Source: Desulfobacteraceae bacterium (GTDB lineage: Bacteria > Desulfobacterota > Desulfobacteria > Desulfobacterales > UBA2174). From it: a DNA stretch of 57,540 nt. Below are positions 1 through 9,731 of this stretch, piece by piece. Made by a program: the position numbers and the translations under genes. The stretch lies in assembly GCA_011042305.1 (NCBI GenBank), contig DQXI01000214.1:1-57540 (forward strand). The letters run 5' to 3'. Position 1 is the stretch's first letter. The number at the start of each line of letters is the position of its first letter. Below the pieces are notes generated by a model. It saw only the letters and a list, made by a program, of their open reading frames with translations, was not told the origin of the DNA and ran no database searches.

Positions 1-197
1 ATCGGACAATCGGACAACGCCCGGCACAGTAGCACAGCCAGCAGGGCGTACATCGCCGCATGGGCGACTTTGTCGAATCCAGCGACGGCAATGGTATCGG
101 CAGGCGACGGCAGGGCGCTCTGGACAAAGATAGCCGCCGCGTAGACCGCCACGATCCCCCATCGTCGGCAGGCACTCTGGCGAGCGTTCGAACTCAT
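1..197 (-). CDS. VanZ-like membrane protein, N-terminal part only (gene runs off the left edge)
   Basis: ATG at 195-197 (minus), 11 nt after the thrS stop, open to the window edge. Translation is MSSNARQSACRRWGIVAVYAAAIFVQSALPSPADTIAVAGFDKVAHAAMYALLAVLLCRAL. The hydrophobic segment and the D-K-x2-H-x3-Y-x2-L motif are typical of VanZ-like proteins. It is absent from the ORF track because it is truncated. Confidence 0.4.
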   Translation of the reverse strand, partial: MSSNARQSACRRWGIVAVYAAAIFVQSALPSPADTIAVAGFDKVAHAAMYALLAVLLCRALSDCP

Positions 198-208
198 AAT
201 GAAAAGAG

Positions 209-2125
209 TCAGTCGCTCCAGATATCCGCATCCATGAACCGGCCCTGGATCTTTTTCTGGGCACGATCGATGAATTCGGCCACCGGCACCCCGTGGCGCA
301 CCGCGCCGTCCAGGGTGCGCACCGACACGGTGCCGTCGGCCTGCTCCCGCTGCCCCACGGTGAGAATCAGGGGGGTGTAGGCCAGTTGGGCCTCGCGGAC
401 CTTGCGGTTCAGGCTCTCGCTGCGGCTGTCCACCTCGCAACGCAGGCCGGCGGCTTCCAGCTGCTGCCGCAGCCCCCCGGCAAACGGGATCAACGAGTCG
501 TTGATGGGCAGCACCACCGCCTGCACCGGCGCCATCCAGAGCGGGAAACGTCCGGCGAAATGCTCGATGAGGATGCCGAGGAAACGCTCGATGGAGCCAT
601 AGATAACCCGGTGGATCATGATGGGGCGATGGCGTTCGTTGTCGCTGCCGATGTAATGCAGGTCGAAGCGCTCGGGCAGCGACATGTCCAGCTGGATGGT
701 GCCGCACTGCCAGGTACGCTTGAGGGCGTCCCGGATGTGCACGTCGATCTTCGGACCGTAGAAGGCCCCGTCGCCCTCGTTGATCTTATAGGGACGGCCG
801 TAGGCTTTCAACGCGTTTTCCAGGCCGTCGGTGGCCTGACGCCACTGGTCGTCGGTGCCGATGGATTTTTCCGGCCTCGTGGACAGCTCCAGGTGAAAGC
901 CGAGGCCGAAGGTCGAGTAGATCCGCTCCACCAGGCGCAGCACGCCGAGGATCTCTTCCTGGATCTGGTCCGGGCGCATGAAGATGTGGGCGTCATCCTG
1001 GTGAAAGGCGCGCACCCGGAACAGCCCCGAGAGCACCCCGCTCATCTCGTGGCGATGGACCAGCCCGATCTCTGCCTGGCGCAAGGGCAAGTCCTTGTAG
1101 GAATGATGCCGGGTGCGGTACAGGAGCATCCCGCCGGGGCAGTTCATCGGCTTAATGGCGTAGTCTTCATCGTCCACCGACGAGGTGTACATGTTCTCGC
1201 GGTAGTTTTCCCAGTGGCCGCTGCGCTCCCAGAGGACGCGGCGTAGCATGATGGGCGTCTTGGTCTCGACGTAGCCCGCCCGGCGGTGCTCCTCGCGCCA
1301 GTAGGCAAGCAGCGCGTTCCAGATTTCCATCCCTTTGGCATGGAAAAACGGCATCCCCGGCGCCTCTTCGTGAAAGCTGAACAGGTCCATGGCCAGGCCG
1401 ATCTTGCGGTGGTTGCGCCGCTTGGCCTCCTCGATGAACGCCAGGTGGGCCTTGAGCGCCTTCTTGTCGAAAAATGCCGTCCCGTAGATGCGTTGGAGTT
1501 GGGCCCGGTTCTGGTCGGCGCGCCAGTAGGCCCCCGAGACCTTGGTGAGCTTGAAGGCCCGCACGAACCCGGTGTGCGGCACGTGGGGGCCGCGGCACAG
1601 GTCGGTGAACCCGTCCTGCTCGTAAAACGAGATGGTACCGTCGTCCAGCTCTTCGAGCATCTCGAGCTTGTAGGGTTCGTCGCGGTAAAAGGCCAGGGCC
1701 TCGGCCTTGGACACCTCGCGGCGCCGGATGGGCAGCTTGGCGGCCACGATGCGGCGCATCTCCTCCTCGATCTTGCCCAGGTCCTCTTCGCTCACCGGCG
1801 GCATGTCGATGTCGTAGTAAAAGCCATCCTCGATCACCGGGCCGATGGTCAGGCGGGCCGCGGGATAGAGCCGCAGCACGGCCTGAGCCATCACATGGGC
1901 CGCGCTGTGGCGCATGATCTCCAGGCCTTCGGGATCGCGGGTGGTGATGATGCGCACGCGGCTGTCGGTCTCGATGGGGGTCATCAAGTCCACCAGCCGA
2001 CCGTCGAGTTCAAGGGCAACGCTCTCGCGCGCCAAGCCCTCGGAGATGCTCAAGGCCAGGTCGTATCCGGTGGGTGGCGTGTCAAAGCGCTTTATGTCGC
2101 CGTCTGGAAGTGTTATGTGGATCAT
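209..2125 (-). CDS. thrS: threonine--tRNA ligase
   Basis: 638-aa ORF with an N-terminal TGS-like MIHITLPDGDIKRF and the editing-domain block RHSAAHVMAQAV. It has a class II core and an anticodon-binding C-terminus, and the length is typical of bacterial ThrRS. Confidence 0.97.
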   Translation of the reverse strand: MIHITLPDGDIKRFDTPPTGYDLALSISEGLARESVALELDGRLVDLMTPIETDSRVRIITTRDPEGLEIMRHSAAHVMAQAVLRLYPAARLTIGPVIEDGFYYDIDMPPVSEEDLGKIEEEMRRIVAAKLPIRRREVSKAEALAFYRDEPYKLEMLEELDDGTISFYEQDGFTDLCRGPHVPHTGFVRAFKLTKVSGAYWRADQNRAQLQRIYGTAFFDKKALKAHLAFIEEAKRRNHRKIGLAMDLFSFHEEAPGMPFFHAKGMEIWNALLAYWREEHRRAGYVETKTPIMLRRVLWERSGHWENYRENMYTSSVDDEDYAIKPMNCPGGMLLYRTRHHSYKDLPLRQAEIGLVHRHEMSGVLSGLFRVRAFHQDDAHIFMRPDQIQEEILGVLRLVERIYSTFGLGFHLELSTRPEKSIGTDDQWRQATDGLENALKAYGRPYKINEGDGAFYGPKIDVHIRDALKRTWQCGTIQLDMSLPERFDLHYIGSDNERHRPIMIHRVIYGSIERFLGILIEHFAGRFPLWMAPVQAVVLPINDSLIPFAGGLRQQLEAAGLRCEVDSRSESLNRKVREAQLAYTPLILTVGQREQADGTVSVRTLDGAVRHGVPVAEFIDRAQKKIQGRFMDADIWSD

Positions 2126-2214
2126 CGTCTCTCACCGGCGCCGCCGCACGGTTGCGGCGGCTGTTTGATCCGTCCCCCTGAGGGGAGCTGAAGGAAATTT
2201 TTCGTAGACCCTGC

Positions 2215-2243
2215 AACTTAGGAGAATCACCACGACTGGTCAA
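2215..2243 (-). promoter_or_regulatory. candidate sigma70 promoter of thrS (TTGACC-17 nt-TAAGTT on the minus strand)
   Basis: Reverse complement of 2238-2243 is TTGACC and of 2215-2220 is TAAGTT, with an exactly 17-nt spacer. It lies about 90 nt upstream of the thrS ATG. Confidence 0.35.
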
Positions 2244-2267
2244 GGGAAAAGCGCGCCGTCCTGGCGC

Positions 2268-3386
2268 ATGGTCGCAAACCAAGACGCGTTGACCCAGGCC
2301 GCCGCGCGTTTTTCCGGCTGCCCCGTCATCGCCGTGGACCTGGAAGCCGACTCGATGTACCACTTCCGGGAAAAGGTCTGCCTGCTGCAGATGGCCGCCG
2401 CCGGGGAAAGCGTGGTCATCGACCCGCTGGCCGTTTCCGACCTGTCAGCCGTGGCCCCGCTGTTTGCCAGCGCCGATATCCGCAAGATCTTCCACGGCGC
2501 CGATTACGACGTGCGTTCGCTGTACCGCGATTTCGGCATCGTCATCGACAACCTTTTCGACACCCAGATCGCCGCCACCTTTCTCGGGTTTACCGAGACC
2601 GGCCTCGACAGCATGCTGCGCCAGTGCTTCGGCATCCGGCTGGACAAAAAATTCCAGAAAAAGGACTGGTCCCGGCGTCCATTGCCCGAGGAGATGGTCT
2701 CCTACGCGGCCCGGGACGTGATCTACCTGGAACCCTTGGCAGAACGGCTGCGGGCCGAGCTGGAGGCCAAGGGGCGGCTTTCATGGGTCGAGGAAGAGTG
2801 CGACCTGCTGCGCCAGGTGCGCCCGCCCGAGCCGGACGGCAGCCCTTTGTTTCTGCGTTTCAAGGGCGCCGGACGCCTCGACCGGCGCAGCCTGGCGGTG
2901 CTGGAGGCGCTGCTGCAGCTGCGCAGCGCCATCGCCGCCCGATGGGACCGTCCCCTGTTCAAGGTGCTCGGCAACGCCGCCCTGCTGACCCTGGCCAAGG
3001 AAAAGCCGACAACCCCCCAGGCCCTTTCGGCCTGCAAGGCCCTGAGCGCCAAGCAGATCGCCATCCACGGCGAGGCCGTCCTGGCCGCCGTCGACCGCGC
3101 CCTCAGCCTACCGCCAAACCGGCTGCCGCGCTACCCGCGACAGCGTCCCCAGCCGATAGCGCCCGAAGTTCCCGATCGCATTGCCGCCTTGCGGGCCTGG
3201 CGCGACCGCAAGGCCCGCAAGCTGGGCCTCGATCCGGCGGTCCTATTCAACAAGGCCCAACTCACGGCCATCGCCCGGGCCTGCCCGCGCCGCCTGGAAC
3301 AATTGCGCCAGATCCCGGAAATCCGCCGCTGGCAGTTCAACAGCTTCGGCCGCAACCTGATCGCCGTGCTCAGCAAGGTGAAGTAG
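2268..3386 (+). CDS. rnd: ribonuclease D (DEDD 3'-5' exonuclease plus HRDC domain)
   Basis: 372 aa. Exo motifs VIAVDLEADSM and HGADYDV are present, followed by an HRDC-like C-terminal half. The size matches RNase D. Confidence 0.88.
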   Translation: MVANQDALTQAAARFSGCPVIAVDLEADSMYHFREKVCLLQMAAAGESVVIDPLAVSDLSAVAPLFASADIRKIFHGADYDVRSLYRDFGIVIDNLFDTQIAATFLGFTETGLDSMLRQCFGIRLDKKFQKKDWSRRPLPEEMVSYAARDVIYLEPLAERLRAELEAKGRLSWVEEECDLLRQVRPPEPDGSPLFLRFKGAGRLDRRSLAVLEALLQLRSAIAARWDRPLFKVLGNAALLTLAKEKPTTPQALSACKALSAKQIAIHGEAVLAAVDRALSLPPNRLPRYPRQRPQPIAPEVPDRIAALRAWRDRKARKLGLDPAVLFNKAQLTAIARACPRRLEQLRQIPEIRRWQFNSFGRNLIAVLSKVK

Positions 3387-3497
3387 GGGCCGACGCTCTT
3401 CTAACGCCACCACGGTGTTGCGACAATCTCAAAACGGGGCGCGCCGCCAGGGGCGAGTCTTCGGCTATAACCCTTTATCCCATCGTTCGCCGCGTTG

Positions 3498-4415
3498 CTA
3501 TGATTCGAGGGTAAAGTGACGCACGAGGGGAAGTTTGCGCTCGGCCACCCGCTGGTAGGTTTCAGCCGGGTAGCCGAGGGCGATGACGGCGCGCACCGTT
3601 TCGTCGGGCGCTAGGCCGAGGCGGGCGGCAGCGGCCCGATCGTTCTGTAAGGCCGAGACGGCGAAGCCGATCAGGCAGCTTCCCAGGCCCATGGCATGGG
3701 CGGCAAGCAGAATCTGGCCGGCCGCCAGGAGGCAGTCCTCGACAGGGCAGCTTGCCCGCCGCGAGGCGATAACGACGGCCGCCGGGGCCCCGTGGAAGAG
3801 CCAGTCTCGGCCGGTGGCGCGCCAGTCCGCCAGTTTTTCTTCGGCGACGGCGTAGTAGTCACGGTAGTAGGCGGCCAGTTGCGGTTTGCCCACCAGCCGC
3901 ATCAGGGCCCGCAGCCAAGGACGCGCCGCCTGGCGGTTGAGCCTGGCAAAAAAAGCGGCCACGGCATTCATCAGTTCCATGACAGCGGCCCGGTTCGGCA
4001 ACAGGGTAAAGGTCCACGGCTGACAATTTGTGCCAGAAGGGGCGCTGATGCCGATTTTCACCAGGTCCTCGAGCCGCTCCAATGGCACCGGTTTGTCCTT
4101 GAAATTGCGACAGCTGCGCCGCGATCCCATCAGGCGCACCAACTGCGCCAGGTCGAACTGACCCGGTGGCAGCCAGCGCGAATCGGAGGAAAAGGAAGAA
4201 AAACGGATCGTCTCGGCGGACAGGGAGCCAACGCGGACAGCATCCACCGGACAGGCGGCAGCGCAGTGGCCGCAGTTAAGAGACTGGTCGCCCACCACCC
4301 GGGCCTTGTCGCCGACCATGGCCAAGGTGCCGGCCGGGCAGACGCGCACGCAAAGGCCGCAGCCGATGCAGCGTTCGGTGTCGATGCGGGTAGTGACGGT
4401 GCGCTCAGGGATCAT
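3498..4415 (-). CDS. 4Fe-4S dicluster ferredoxin domain fused to a nitroreductase-family domain
   Basis: N-terminus has CIGCGLCVRVCP and CGHCAAACP cluster motifs. The remaining ~230 aa look nitroreductase-fold (RRSCRNF...PWTF...IALGYP). Confidence 0.8.
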   Translation of the reverse strand: MIPERTVTTRIDTERCIGCGLCVRVCPAGTLAMVGDKARVVGDQSLNCGHCAAACPVDAVRVGSLSAETIRFSSFSSDSRWLPPGQFDLAQLVRLMGSRRSCRNFKDKPVPLERLEDLVKIGISAPSGTNCQPWTFTLLPNRAAVMELMNAVAAFFARLNRQAARPWLRALMRLVGKPQLAAYYRDYYAVAEEKLADWRATGRDWLFHGAPAAVVIASRRASCPVEDCLLAAGQILLAAHAMGLGSCLIGFAVSALQNDRAAAARLGLAPDETVRAVIALGYPAETYQRVAERKLPLVRHFTLES

Positions 4416-4487
4416 GGAAAGTAAACACGGAAAGAGTATTAGGAGTCTTTTGATGCCAGGTGGCCGCTGCGTGTCAAATTGGATCGT

Positions 4488-5354
4488 TCAAGGGCGCCGG
4501 GCCTCCCGGGACAGCTCCACGGCGAACTGCCGGGCCATGAGCCGCTCGTAGGTCAGCGGCATCAGGCGGCTGACCCAGTAGGCGATCTTGCCCACCGGTG
4601 TCAAGACCACCATGGGCCGGCGCCGCAAGGCGGCGCGGTAAAGGATGTCGGCCACCGCCGCGGCGCTGGTCTGGCGGCCGACGCGCGACTGGGGCCGCGC
4701 GGTGACCCGCCCGTCACCCCCCAGGGCGCGCCGCTGCAGGTTGGTCTGCACGAAGCCGGGACAGGCGATCATCACCTGGACCCCGTCGGGACGCAGTTCG
4801 GCGCGCAACGTGGTAAAAAGGCCGTGCAGGGCGTGCTTGCTGGCGCAGTAGGCGCTGCGTCCAAGCAGCGGAGAGACGCCGGCGAGGCTCTCCACCACCA
4901 CGATCAGCCCCCGCGACGCCCTCAGGCTCGCCAGGGCGGCCTGGGTGCAGTAGAGGGATCCGAAAAAATTCACCGCCATGACGCGTTCGAAGACCTCGGC
5001 GCGGGTGTCGACGAAGCGGTCCCGGGCCGTGATGCCGGCGTTGTTGACCAGGACGTCGATGCGGCCGAAGCGCCCTAACACGGCGTCGATGCCGGCCTGG
5101 CAATCCCGGCGCGCGGAGACGTCGCAGACGGCGGCAACAACCTCCGTTCCCCCTCCAGCCAGTCTGGCCGCCTCCCGCTGGAGCGCCTCGGCATCCATGT
5201 CCAACAACCCCAGGCGGGCCCCGCCACGGGCAAAGCGCCGCGCCAATGCCAGGCCGATCCCGCTGGCGCCTCCCGTGATGACCGCCACCTTGTCTTGGAA
5301 TTTTTTAACTTTAGTCACTCTCGTCACTTTCTTTTTTCTTTGCAATGCCATCAA
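4488..5354 (-). CDS. short-chain dehydrogenase/reductase (SDR) family oxidoreductase
   Basis: TGGASGIG Rossmann motif, NNAG, and a catalytic Y-x3-K (SAYCASKHAL). There is a Lys-rich N-terminal tail. Confidence 0.9.
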   Translation of the reverse strand: MMALQRKKKVTRVTKVKKFQDKVAVITGGASGIGLALARRFARGGARLGLLDMDAEALQREAARLAGGGTEVVAAVCDVSARRDCQAGIDAVLGRFGRIDVLVNNAGITARDRFVDTRAEVFERVMAVNFFGSLYCTQAALASLRASRGLIVVVESLAGVSPLLGRSAYCASKHALHGLFTTLRAELRPDGVQVMIACPGFVQTNLQRRALGGDGRVTARPQSRVGRQTSAAAVADILYRAALRRRPMVVLTPVGKIAYWVSRLMPLTYERLMARQFAVELSREARRP

Positions 5355-5553
5355 CCGCCCACCGGTGACGTTGAGGGGCCCGGCCGGTCATGTCGGTAGC
5401 CGCTTCAGAGACGGGAAAACAACCGCAGACAAGCCACAAACGGAAGGAGACCGATTGGGGCCTGCAACTGGCTCGCGCCGGCCAGCGGCCAAATTTTCGA
5501 CACGGCCAGCTACCACCGTCACCTCGACGATTGGTTATGACGCCTTGCCCCCA

Positions 5554-6162
5554 TCAATCGAAAGCCATGTCGGTTTTCCACACCTTCCAGACCTTGCCCA
5601 CCAGGTCCGGTCCGGGCTTGAGGGTCATCTTGCCCGGCCGCCAGCCCGACGGGGTGGCTTCGCCGCCCTTGCTGTTGCGCACCAGCTGAAAGGCCTGCAC
5701 CTGGCGAAGCGTCTCCTCGACGTTGCGGCCCACCGGCGGCGTGAGGACCTCGTAGCCCTGGATGACGCCGTCGGGATCGATGATGAAACGGCCCCGGGTT
5801 TCCACCCCGGCCTGGTCGTCATAGACGCCGAAGGCGGCGCCCACCTTGCCGCCGACATCCGAAAGCATGGGAAAGGGAACCCCGCCGGCGACCATCCTGG
5901 ACAGTTCCACGTCGTTCCACATCTTGTGCACGAAGACGCTGTCGATGCTCATGGACAGCACCTGCACGCCCAGATCCTCATAAGCCTTGTTCTTTTCGGC
6001 AACTGCCGAAATTTCCGTCGCTCAGACGAAGGTGAAATCCCCCGGGTAGAAGCACAGCAGGACCCACTTGCCCAGGTATTCGGAAAGTTTCACGGAAACG
6101 AATTTGCCTTGGTGATAGGCAGGCGCGGCAAAATCCGGCGCCTTGCGGCCGACCATGATCAT
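5554..6162 (-). CDS. peroxiredoxin (AhpC/Prx1-like) with selenocysteine (UGA at 6022-6024) at the peroxidatic position
   Basis: ATG at 6160-6162 is preceded by GGAGG. ORFs 6022..6567 and 5554..5967 share one frame (6024-5967=57 nt) and are separated by a single TGA. The joined protein reads ...[43 protein letters not shown]..., the canonical FTFVCPTE Prx motif with Sec in place of Cys. A hairpin follows the UGA, and selA is in the same window. Confidence 0.85.
5994..6011 (-). promoter_or_regulatory. SECIS-like hairpin downstream of the Prx UGA
   Basis: mRNA reads UGA GCG ACG GAA A-UUUCGGC-AGUU-GCCGAAA. That is a 7-bp stem with a 4-nt loop containing G-U, at nt 22-23 counted from the U of UGA, as expected for bacterial SECIS elements. 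Confidence 0.6.
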
Positions 6163-6533
6163 GGGACTCACCTCCTTTGCGGTTGCCGATGGGGTTGGAG
6201 AATCAGTTGCCGGGGCCGGCTCCTCCCCAACGAGCCCACCGCTGGGGCGGGCGCAGCCGACTTCCATTTCTTCGGCCATTGGACTTCCTTTCGCTTTTAG
6301 AGTTGGCACAGACTCTCTGAGAATCCTTACCAATTTTTTTAATGAGTGAAAAGCAAAATGGCCGAATCTTCGAATGCCCGGCTCCCGGTCTTCTGGCAGC
6401 GGCAGTACGCGTGGGCCCGCGGTTGACCGGCAGAGCGAAATGTGAAAAAAGGGATCACCGTTTTTTCCCCGCGGTGACAGGGCGCATCGATTCCCGCCGC
6501 GGCAATCGGCGTCCTTCGATCGGACAGAAAGGA

Positions 6534-8270
6534 ATGCCCATGGTGGCCCCCAAAAATGATGCCGCAACGGCAGGTACGGAAGGACAAAAACCGTTGGATT
6601 TCATCCGCCAGATCGTGGCCGAAGATGTGGCCGCCGGCGTCCACGGCGGGCGGGTGGCCACCCGTTTTCCGCCGGAGCCCAACGGATTCCTGCACATCGG
6701 CCATGCCAAGTCCATCTGCCTCAACTTCGGCATTGCCAGGCAGTTCGGCGGCACCTGCAACCTGCGCTTCGACGACACCAACCCTTCCAAGGAGGAGATG
6801 GCCTACGTCGAGTCGATCCAGACCGATGTGCGCTGGCTGGGCTTCGACTGGGAGGACCGCCTCTTTTACGCCTCCGACTACTTCGACCGGCTCTACCGGT
6901 TCGCCGTGGCCCTGATAGAAAAGGGAAAGGCCTACGTGGACGACCAGAGCGCCGAGCAGATCCGCCAGTCCCGCGGCACCCTGACCCGGCCGGGGATTCC
7001 CAGCCCGTACCGGGACCGGTCGGTGGCGGAAAACCTCGACCTGTTCGAACGCATGAAAAACGGGGAATTTCCCGACGGCAGCCGGGTGCTGCGGGCCAAA
7101 ATCGACATGGCCAACGCCAACGTCGTCATGCGCGACCCCACCCTCTACCGGATCCGCAAGGTGGCCCACCACCGCACCGGCGACCACTGGTGCATCTACC
7201 CGCTCTACGATTTCGCCCACTGCCTCTCGGACGCCATCGAGGGAATCACCCATTCGATCTGTACCATGGAATTCGAGAACAACCGGGAGCTGTACGACTG
7301 GATCCTCGAGACCCTGGAAATTCCCGACCGGCCCCGCCAGTACGAGTTCGCCCGCCTCAACCTGACGCGCACGGTGCTCAGCAAGCGCAAGCTGCTCCAG
7401 TTGGTGGACGAAAAGATCGTCGACGGCTGGGACGACCCGCGCATGCCCACCTTGAGCGGCCTGCGCCGCCGCGGCTTCACCCCCGAGGCCATCCGCAACT
7501 TCTGCGACCGCATCGGCGTGGCCCGGGCCCAGAGCACGGTGGACTACGCCCTGCTGGAGCACTGCCTGCGCGAAGATCTCAACCGCCGCGCCCCGCGGGT
7601 GATGGCGGTGCTGCGACCGCTGAAGCTGGTCATCGAAAACTACCCGCAAGGTCAAACCGAAACCCTGGAGGCAATCAACAACCCCGAAGACCCGGCGGCC
7701 GGCACCCGGCCGGTTCCTTTCGGGCGGGAGATTTACATCGAACGCGACGACTTCATGGTGGATCCGCCCAAGAAGTGGTTCCGCCTGGCGCCGGGACGCG
7801 AAGTGCGGCTGCGCTACGCCTATTTCATCACCTGCACCGAGGCGGTCACCGATCCGAAGACCGGAGAAATAACGGAACTGCGCTGCACCTACGACCCGGC
7901 CACCCGCGGCGGCGACGCCCCGGACGGCCGCAAGGTCAAGGGGACCCTGCACTGGGTGGCGGCCCACGCGGCAATAGCCGCCGAAGTGCGCCTCTACGAC
8001 AACCTGTTCACGGTGGACAACCCCGCCGAGGTGGCAGAAGACAAGTCGTTTCTCGACCTCGTCAACCCCGAGGCCTTGACGGTACTCGACGGCTGCCGCC
8101 TGGAACCGGGCCTGGCCGCCGCGGCCCCCGGGGATTTCTTCCAGTTCGAGCGCCTGGGCTATTTTTGCGTCGATGCCAAGGACAGCCGCCCGGGCCGGCC
8201 CGTGTTCAACCGCACCGTCACCCTGCGCGACACCTGGGCCAAGATCAAGCAGAAGCAGTCGAAATCCTGA
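6534..8270 (+). CDS. glnS: glutamine--tRNA ligase
   Basis: [25 protein letters not shown] (HIGH), RFDDTNP and VLSKRKL (KMSKS equivalent). The start is placed at the internal ATG 6534 (MPMVAPK...), because the upstream part of ORF 6342.. has no homology-like sequence. Confidence 0.95.
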   Translation: MPMVAPKNDAATAGTEGQKPLDFIRQIVAEDVAAGVHGGRVATRFPPEPNGFLHIGHAKSICLNFGIARQFGGTCNLRFDDTNPSKEEMAYVESIQTDVRWLGFDWEDRLFYASDYFDRLYRFAVALIEKGKAYVDDQSAEQIRQSRGTLTRPGIPSPYRDRSVAENLDLFERMKNGEFPDGSRVLRAKIDMANANVVMRDPTLYRIRKVAHHRTGDHWCIYPLYDFAHCLSDAIEGITHSICTMEFENNRELYDWILETLEIPDRPRQYEFARLNLTRTVLSKRKLLQLVDEKIVDGWDDPRMPTLSGLRRRGFTPEAIRNFCDRIGVARAQSTVDYALLEHCLREDLNRRAPRVMAVLRPLKLVIENYPQGQTETLEAINNPEDPAAGTRPVPFGREIYIERDDFMVDPPKKWFRLAPGREVRLRYAYFITCTEAVTDPKTGEITELRCTYDPATRGGDAPDGRKVKGTLHWVAAHAAIAAEVRLYDNLFTVDNPAEVAEDKSFLDLVNPEALTVLDGCRLEPGLAAAAPGDFFQFERLGYFCVDAKDSRPGRPVFNRTVTLRDTWAKIKQKQSKS

Positions 8271-8280
8271 ACCGCTGCCG

Positions 8281-9636
8281 TCACACGAACCCGGTCTGAA
8301 CCTGCCGCAACACCCCTTCCACAAGATCGCGGATTTCCGTCAGCCGGCTCTCGGTGAACGCCTCGAAGCGCAAAACCAGGGCCGGCTGGGTGTTGGAGGC
8401 CCGCACCAGGCCCCAGCCGTCGTCAAAAAGCACCCGAACCCCGTCGATGTCGATGACCGGATAGGATCGACGCAGGGTTTCGGTCACCCGCGCCACCACG
8501 GCGAACTTGATGTGATCGGGGCAGTCGACCCGGATCTCGGGGGTGGTGACCGTTGCGGGCACGTCGGCCAGCAGCTCGGCGATGCGCCGGTCGGTGGCCG
8601 ACAGGATCTCCAGCAGGCGTCCGGCGGCATAGATGGCGTCATCGAAGCCGAAGTAGCGGTCGGCAAAAAACATGTGGCCGCTCATCTCCCCGGCCATCTC
8701 CGCCTTTTCCTCCTTCATCTTCTTCTTGATCAAGGCGTGGCCGGTCTTCCACATGACGGCCCGTCCGCCGTGCTTTTCGATGTCGTCGTACATCGCCTTG
8801 GAGCACTTGACTTCGCTGATGAAGGTTGCCCCGGGCTTGCGCGAGAGGATCTCGCGGGCAAACAGGATCATCAGCCGGTCGCCGTAGACGATACGCCCCT
8901 GTTCGTCCACCACCCCGATCCGGTCGCCGTCGCCGTCGAAGCCGATGCCCAGGTCCAGGCCGCGCTCCACCACGGTGCGGATCAGGTCGGCCAGGTTAGC
9001 GGCCACGGTGGGGTCGGCCGGGTGGTTGGGAAAGCGGCCGTCCATCTCGCAGTACAGCGGTACCACCTCGCAGCCCAGGGCGGTGAGAATCGGCACCGCC
9101 AGCGGCCCGGCGGTGCCGTTGCCCGCGTCCACGGCGACGCGCATGGGTCGGGCCAGCTTGAGGTTGCCGGTCAAAAACGCCGTGTAGGCCGGCGCCAGGT
9201 CCATCGCCCGGCGGCGCCCGTGGCCGACGACGAAATCGCCTCTTTCGGCGATGGCGCGCACCTGCTGCAATTGCTCCCCGTGGACTGAATCCAGGCCGCG
9301 GCAAATCTTGAAGCCGTTGTATTCCCCCGGGTTGTGGCTGGCGGTGATCATCACGCCGCCGTCCTGCTCGAGGTGGACGATGGAGAAGTAGAGCAGCGGC
9401 GTGGGGCAGACGCCGATGTCGGTGACCTCGGCGCCCGTGGCCACCAGGCCGGCAACAAGACGATCGGCGTAGCGGTCCGAGGAGAGGCGGCAGTCACGCC
9501 CCACGGTGAGGCGCCGGCACCCGTGACGGGCCAGGAACGTACCGATGGCCCGCCCCAGGACTTCGACGTCGGCCTCGGTGAAATCATCGTCGGCGATGCC
9601 GCGGATGTCGTACTCGCGAAAGATCAGCGGATTCAT
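8281..9636 (-). CDS. phosphomannomutase/phosphoglucomutase (alpha-D-phosphohexomutase family)
   Basis: Active-site TASHNPGEYNGFK, Mg loop GFDGDGDR, 451 aa. Confidence 0.9.
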   Translation of the reverse strand: MNPLIFREYDIRGIADDDFTEADVEVLGRAIGTFLARHGCRRLTVGRDCRLSSDRYADRLVAGLVATGAEVTDIGVCPTPLLYFSIVHLEQDGGVMITASHNPGEYNGFKICRGLDSVHGEQLQQVRAIAERGDFVVGHGRRRAMDLAPAYTAFLTGNLKLARPMRVAVDAGNGTAGPLAVPILTALGCEVVPLYCEMDGRFPNHPADPTVAANLADLIRTVVERGLDLGIGFDGDGDRIGVVDEQGRIVYGDRLMILFAREILSRKPGATFISEVKCSKAMYDDIEKHGGRAVMWKTGHALIKKKMKEEKAEMAGEMSGHMFFADRYFGFDDAIYAAGRLLEILSATDRRIAELLADVPATVTTPEIRVDCPDHIKFAVVARVTETLRRSYPVIDIDGVRVLFDDGWGLVRASNTQPALVLRFEAFTESRLTEIRDLVEGVLRQVQTGFV

Positions 9637-9731
9637 GGGGCCTCCTGCGAAAAAACAAAGTTATCGGAATCAAGAGGAAACCATAGAAAATTAATCAGAG
9701 CGACTTTCAGGCGCAACCATTCCCACGGGCC

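Noticed and set aside
6303-6319. TTGGCACAGACTCTCTG in the Prx/glnS divergent region looked like a -24 element.
   Set aside because: No GC dinucleotide lies at the -12 position (CT instead), so it is only a half match.
5554-6567. Peroxiredoxin read as a pseudogene broken by a nonsense mutation, or as two separate small genes.
   Set aside because: The only lesion is one TGA exactly at the catalytic Cys codon. The frame is otherwise intact on both sides, a SECIS-like hairpin follows at the right distance, and selA is present. Readthrough as Sec is the simpler explanation. The 5' part of ORF 6022..6567 upstream of ATG 6162 is not Prx-like and is treated as non-coding.
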